IMG/VR virus record: IMGVR_UViG_3300020041_000055
Coordinates: 1 to 6,070 of that record
DNA from: a virus
Length of the DNA stretch: 6,070 bases
Strand: one strand, 5' to 3'
Positions 4,371-6,070 of this stretch are shown piece by piece. Each line of letters starts with the position of its first letter. The first letter of the stretch is position 1. The notes beneath the pieces are model-generated. The model saw only the letters and a list, made by a program, of their open reading frames with translations, made no database searches and was not told the DNA's origin. The position numbers were made by a program, and so were the translations under genes.

Positions 4371-5651
4371 ATGAGACTTATTGATTTCAAGTCCTACGTC
4401 GAACCTGTTTCCACAGGTGCTATACTCGGCGCTGCAGGCATTGCCGCTGGCGGTCAGGTCGCCTCTGGCCTTTTCAAGCCATCTCTTAAGAGGCAATGGA
4501 AGTATCAGCAAAAGCAAATGAAGCTTCAACAGCAGTACGCTTTGGAGCAGATGCAAAAGCAAGGTGAAATCAATTATGCTAACTGGCAGAAACAGTTTGA
4601 TTATGAGAATGCGTACAACGACCCCACGAAGGTTTTCGATCGTTACTTGAAGGCCGGCGTTACCCCTGCTGCCGTCTTAGGCTCTTCAGGCGTCGGCGTC
4701 AATGCTACTATGTCTGGCGGTTCTTCAGGTTCCGTTGGTGCTTCCGGCCCTTCAGGCGGCTCTTTTGACTTCTCCAGTCCTTTGCCTCCTGGTGCTGGCT
4801 CTGCCGCTGCAAGTGTCGCTCTCGAGTCCATGGGTGTTAATTCAACTATCGAACGCAATAAGGCTGCTGCTAATCTCGATAATGCCCAAGCTGAAGATAT
4901 TCGTAACAAGATGCCCACCAGGGAACAAGGCCAGGACCTTATCGAACTCGAGAAGCAACTAAAGCGAGCTAACATTGGCAGTCAGTCTTCGCTCGCTCGT
5001 TATTATGGCGAGTTGGCTATTAATCAGGAGGCCTACAACAAGTATGCAGATCTCGCTGCCACCTATGATTTTCAGCGCATTCAGTCCGCTTATGCTGAAC
5101 AGGTTGAGCGCACTAGGCGTATTCGTGCTGAAAATGATGCTGAAATTCCTCTTCTCGAACAGTCTGCTGCTGCTAACCTTGTTTATCTTTGCGCTATTGC
5201 CGATGCTGCTAAAGCTTCCGCTCGTGAGTCCCGTTCTCATGCTGATATTCTTGACATTCAGCAGAAGGATATGCAACGCATGTTTGAAGTCACTTGGGAA
5301 ACCCCTGTAAAGGTTCCCCTGGTCAACGAGAAGGGTCAACCCACTGGAGAATTCGAGGAGATTACAGGTCGTGAATATTACTCTTATCTCCGTGGTCTTG
5401 ATCTTGGTGAAGGTCGCCAGAGCCTGTCCGGTAACTGGTTTACCATCCGCAAGAACAAGAACGCTCTGTTTTATGATGTTACAAAGGCTTTTGCTACTGC
5501 CGCAGGCATCGCCGGTGCTTCCTACGTTGGTCGCAAGGCTGCGGGTCCCGCCGGCCCTGAAGGTTATGAAGAGATGCGAGAAGTTTACGGCCCTTCGGGC
5601 GACAGGATGGGCGGCACGTTCGTTCGTCGTAATTATTTTGAGAGAAATTGA
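4371..5651 (+). CDS. VP2: DNA pilot / minor capsid protein, Microviridae VP2/H-like, 426 aa
   Basis: It is the second largest ORF. An N-terminal Gly/Ala-zipper hydrophobic segment VSTGAILGAAGIAAGGQVASGLF lies at nt 4407..4475, followed by a Q/K-rich helix-like stretch. The block YNDPTKVFDRYLKAGVTPAAVLG (from nt 4614) resembles the YN-x-P...AG-(L/I)-NP block I know from gokushovirus VP2 proteins. A Gly/Ser/Ala linker spans about nt 4680..4820 and is followed by a long charged helical region. A second Gly/Ala hydrophobic segment AFATAAGIAGASYVG lies at nt 5487..5531. Stop TGA is at 5649..5651. Confidence 0.8.
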   Translation: MRLIDFKSYVEPVSTGAILGAAGIAAGGQVASGLFKPSLKRQWKYQQKQMKLQQQYALEQMQKQGEINYANWQKQFDYENAYNDPTKVFDRYLKAGVTPAAVLGSSGVGVNATMSGGSSGSVGASGPSGGSFDFSSPLPPGAGSAAASVALESMGVNSTIERNKAAANLDNAQAEDIRNKMPTREQGQDLIELEKQLKRANIGSQSSLARYYGELAINQEAYNKYADLAATYDFQRIQSAYAEQVERTRRIRAENDAEIPLLEQSAAANLVYLCAIADAAKASARESRSHADILDIQQKDMQRMFEVTWETPVKVPLVNEKGQPTGEFEEITGREYYSYLRGLDLGEGRQSLSGNWFTIRKNKNALFYDVTKAFATAAGIAGASYVGRKAAGPAGPEGYEEMREVYGPSGDRMGGTFVRRNYFERN

Positions 5652-5674
5652 ACAATTCTTTCAACCTTTTGATA

Positions 5675-5705
5675 TTTGCTGTTATCTTTTTTTGCCGTAT
5701 ATTTG
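5675..5705 (+). promoter_or_regulatory. Candidate Bacteroidota-type promoter: -33 TTTG plus -7 TAnnTTTG
   Basis: TTTG at 5675..5678 is followed by a 19-nt spacer and then TATATTTG at 5698..5705. This matches the Bacteroides consensus TTTG / TAnnTTTG as I recall it from Bayley et al. It lies in the 80-nt gap between VP2 and the next CDS, about 27 nt upstream of the ATG at 5732. The octamer ATATTTGC is duplicated at 5672..5679 and 5699..5706. Confidence 0.35.
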
Positions 5706-5731
5706 CATTGTAAACCAATAACTATATTGCT

Positions 5732-6046
5732 ATGAGAAAAAACAAACCTAGTCTCGATCCCCTTTACCTGGATGCCGCAGACTATATTTTCATTGAGTGG
5801 CTTGTTCGTCGCGGTTATTATTCGAGATTCAAGGATAACTTTATCAGGAACAACCCCGATTATGACAGCGCCCGCGAGGGTATTCGAGCCGTTCTTTCCA
5901 TGATTTTGCGTAGCAGGGCTTTTTCTTTTCGCGACGCTGTTTCTTCGTCCTTCCCGTTTCTTCTCACACATGAAGGCATAAACTTTTGGCGTTCCGTTGA
6001 TCAAGAGTGGCGAGCATTTGTCCGGCATCTTAATTTCAATTTTTAA
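5732..6046 (+). CDS. Hypothetical protein, 104 aa, Arg/Phe/Trp-rich, no family recognised
   Basis: ATG at 5732, stop TAA at 6044..6046. The 3' part (5950..6046) is duplicated at 1..97 because of the terminal overlap. It is on the same strand as all other genes and third codon positions are mostly T/C. The translation is MRKNKPSLDPLYLDAADYIFIEWLVRRGYYSRFKDNF... The 131-aa minus-strand ORF 5633..6028 is its codon-aligned antisense shadow. Confidence 0.55.
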   Translation: MRKNKPSLDPLYLDAADYIFIEWLVRRGYYSRFKDNFIRNNPDYDSAREGIRAVLSMILRSRAFSFRDAVSSSFPFLLTHEGINFWRSVDQEWRAFVRHLNFNF

Positions 6047-6070
6047 TCTTATTTTTATGAGTCAAATCCA
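5950..6070. repeat. Terminal direct repeat, copy 2: exact duplicate of 1..121
   Basis: See copy 1. All 121 nt are identical by direct reading. This copy contains the 3' end of CDS 5732..6046, the 10-nt spacer, and the first 14 nt (6057..6070) of the CDS annotated at 108..431. Confidence 0.97.

Noticed and set aside
1128-5721. Further hydrophobic alternative-frame + strand ORFs: 1128..1352, 1977..2198, 2439..2705, 2829..3134, 4975..5310 and 5371..5721.
   Set aside because: Most start with TTG or GTG only. All are Leu/Phe/Ser/Val-rich, as expected when T-rich third positions are read out of frame. Nothing distinguishes them from the compositional background. Only the two ATG-initiated ORFs with clear TM-plus-tail layouts were kept, as low-interest findings.
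5633-6028. A 131-aa minus-strand ORF antisense to the 104-aa CDS. Other long minus-strand ORFs are 956..1291, 1481..1741, 1784..2188, 2576..2872, 3284..3556, 4356..4562 and 4959..5339.
   Set aside because: By coordinate arithmetic each of these is codon-aligned antisense to the + strand CDS it overlaps (same phase modulo 3). That is the frame in which shadow ORFs are expected. None has a recognisable motif, and all conflict with well-supported + strand genes.

Overview
This window is a complete genome of a small circular ssDNA phage of the family Microviridae, of the gokusho/alpa-like type rather than phiX-like. Bases 1..121 are identical, by direct reading, to 5950..6070, so the unit genome is 5,949 nt and the linear window is an arbitrary cut with a 121-nt overlap. 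I support eight CDSs, all on the + strand and tightly packed. Three are recognisable: a rolling-circle replication initiator (VP4/gpA-like, 869..1939) with readable HUH and double-tyrosine motifs, a major capsid protein (VP1/F-like, 1943..3736), and a DNA-pilot/minor capsid protein (VP2/H-like, 4371..5651). The other five small ORFs I cannot assign to any family: 104 aa, 107 aa, 67 aa, an acidic 98 aa, and a 63-aa ORF with a clean lipoprotein signal peptide and lipobox. There are three real non-coding gaps. The first (432..665) is hairpin-dense and locally GC-rich. The second (4046..4177) carries three copies of TTCTGAAG, counting one just upstream in the preceding CDS, competing inverted repeats and a T-tract. 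The third (5652..5731) has a Bacteroidota-type promoter-like motif pair. No start codon has a Shine-Dalgarno motif, which together with that promoter suggests a Bacteroidota-like host; this is inference. I see no tRNA, rRNA, CRISPR array, IS element or integrase. The most interesting items are the lipoprotein ORF (candidate lysis or exclusion function in a virus group with no assigned lysis gene), the ORFan block upstream of Rep, the structured non-coding regions (candidate origins) and two ATG-initiated overprinted membrane-type ORFs. All protein family calls rest on motif recognition by eye, not on searches.
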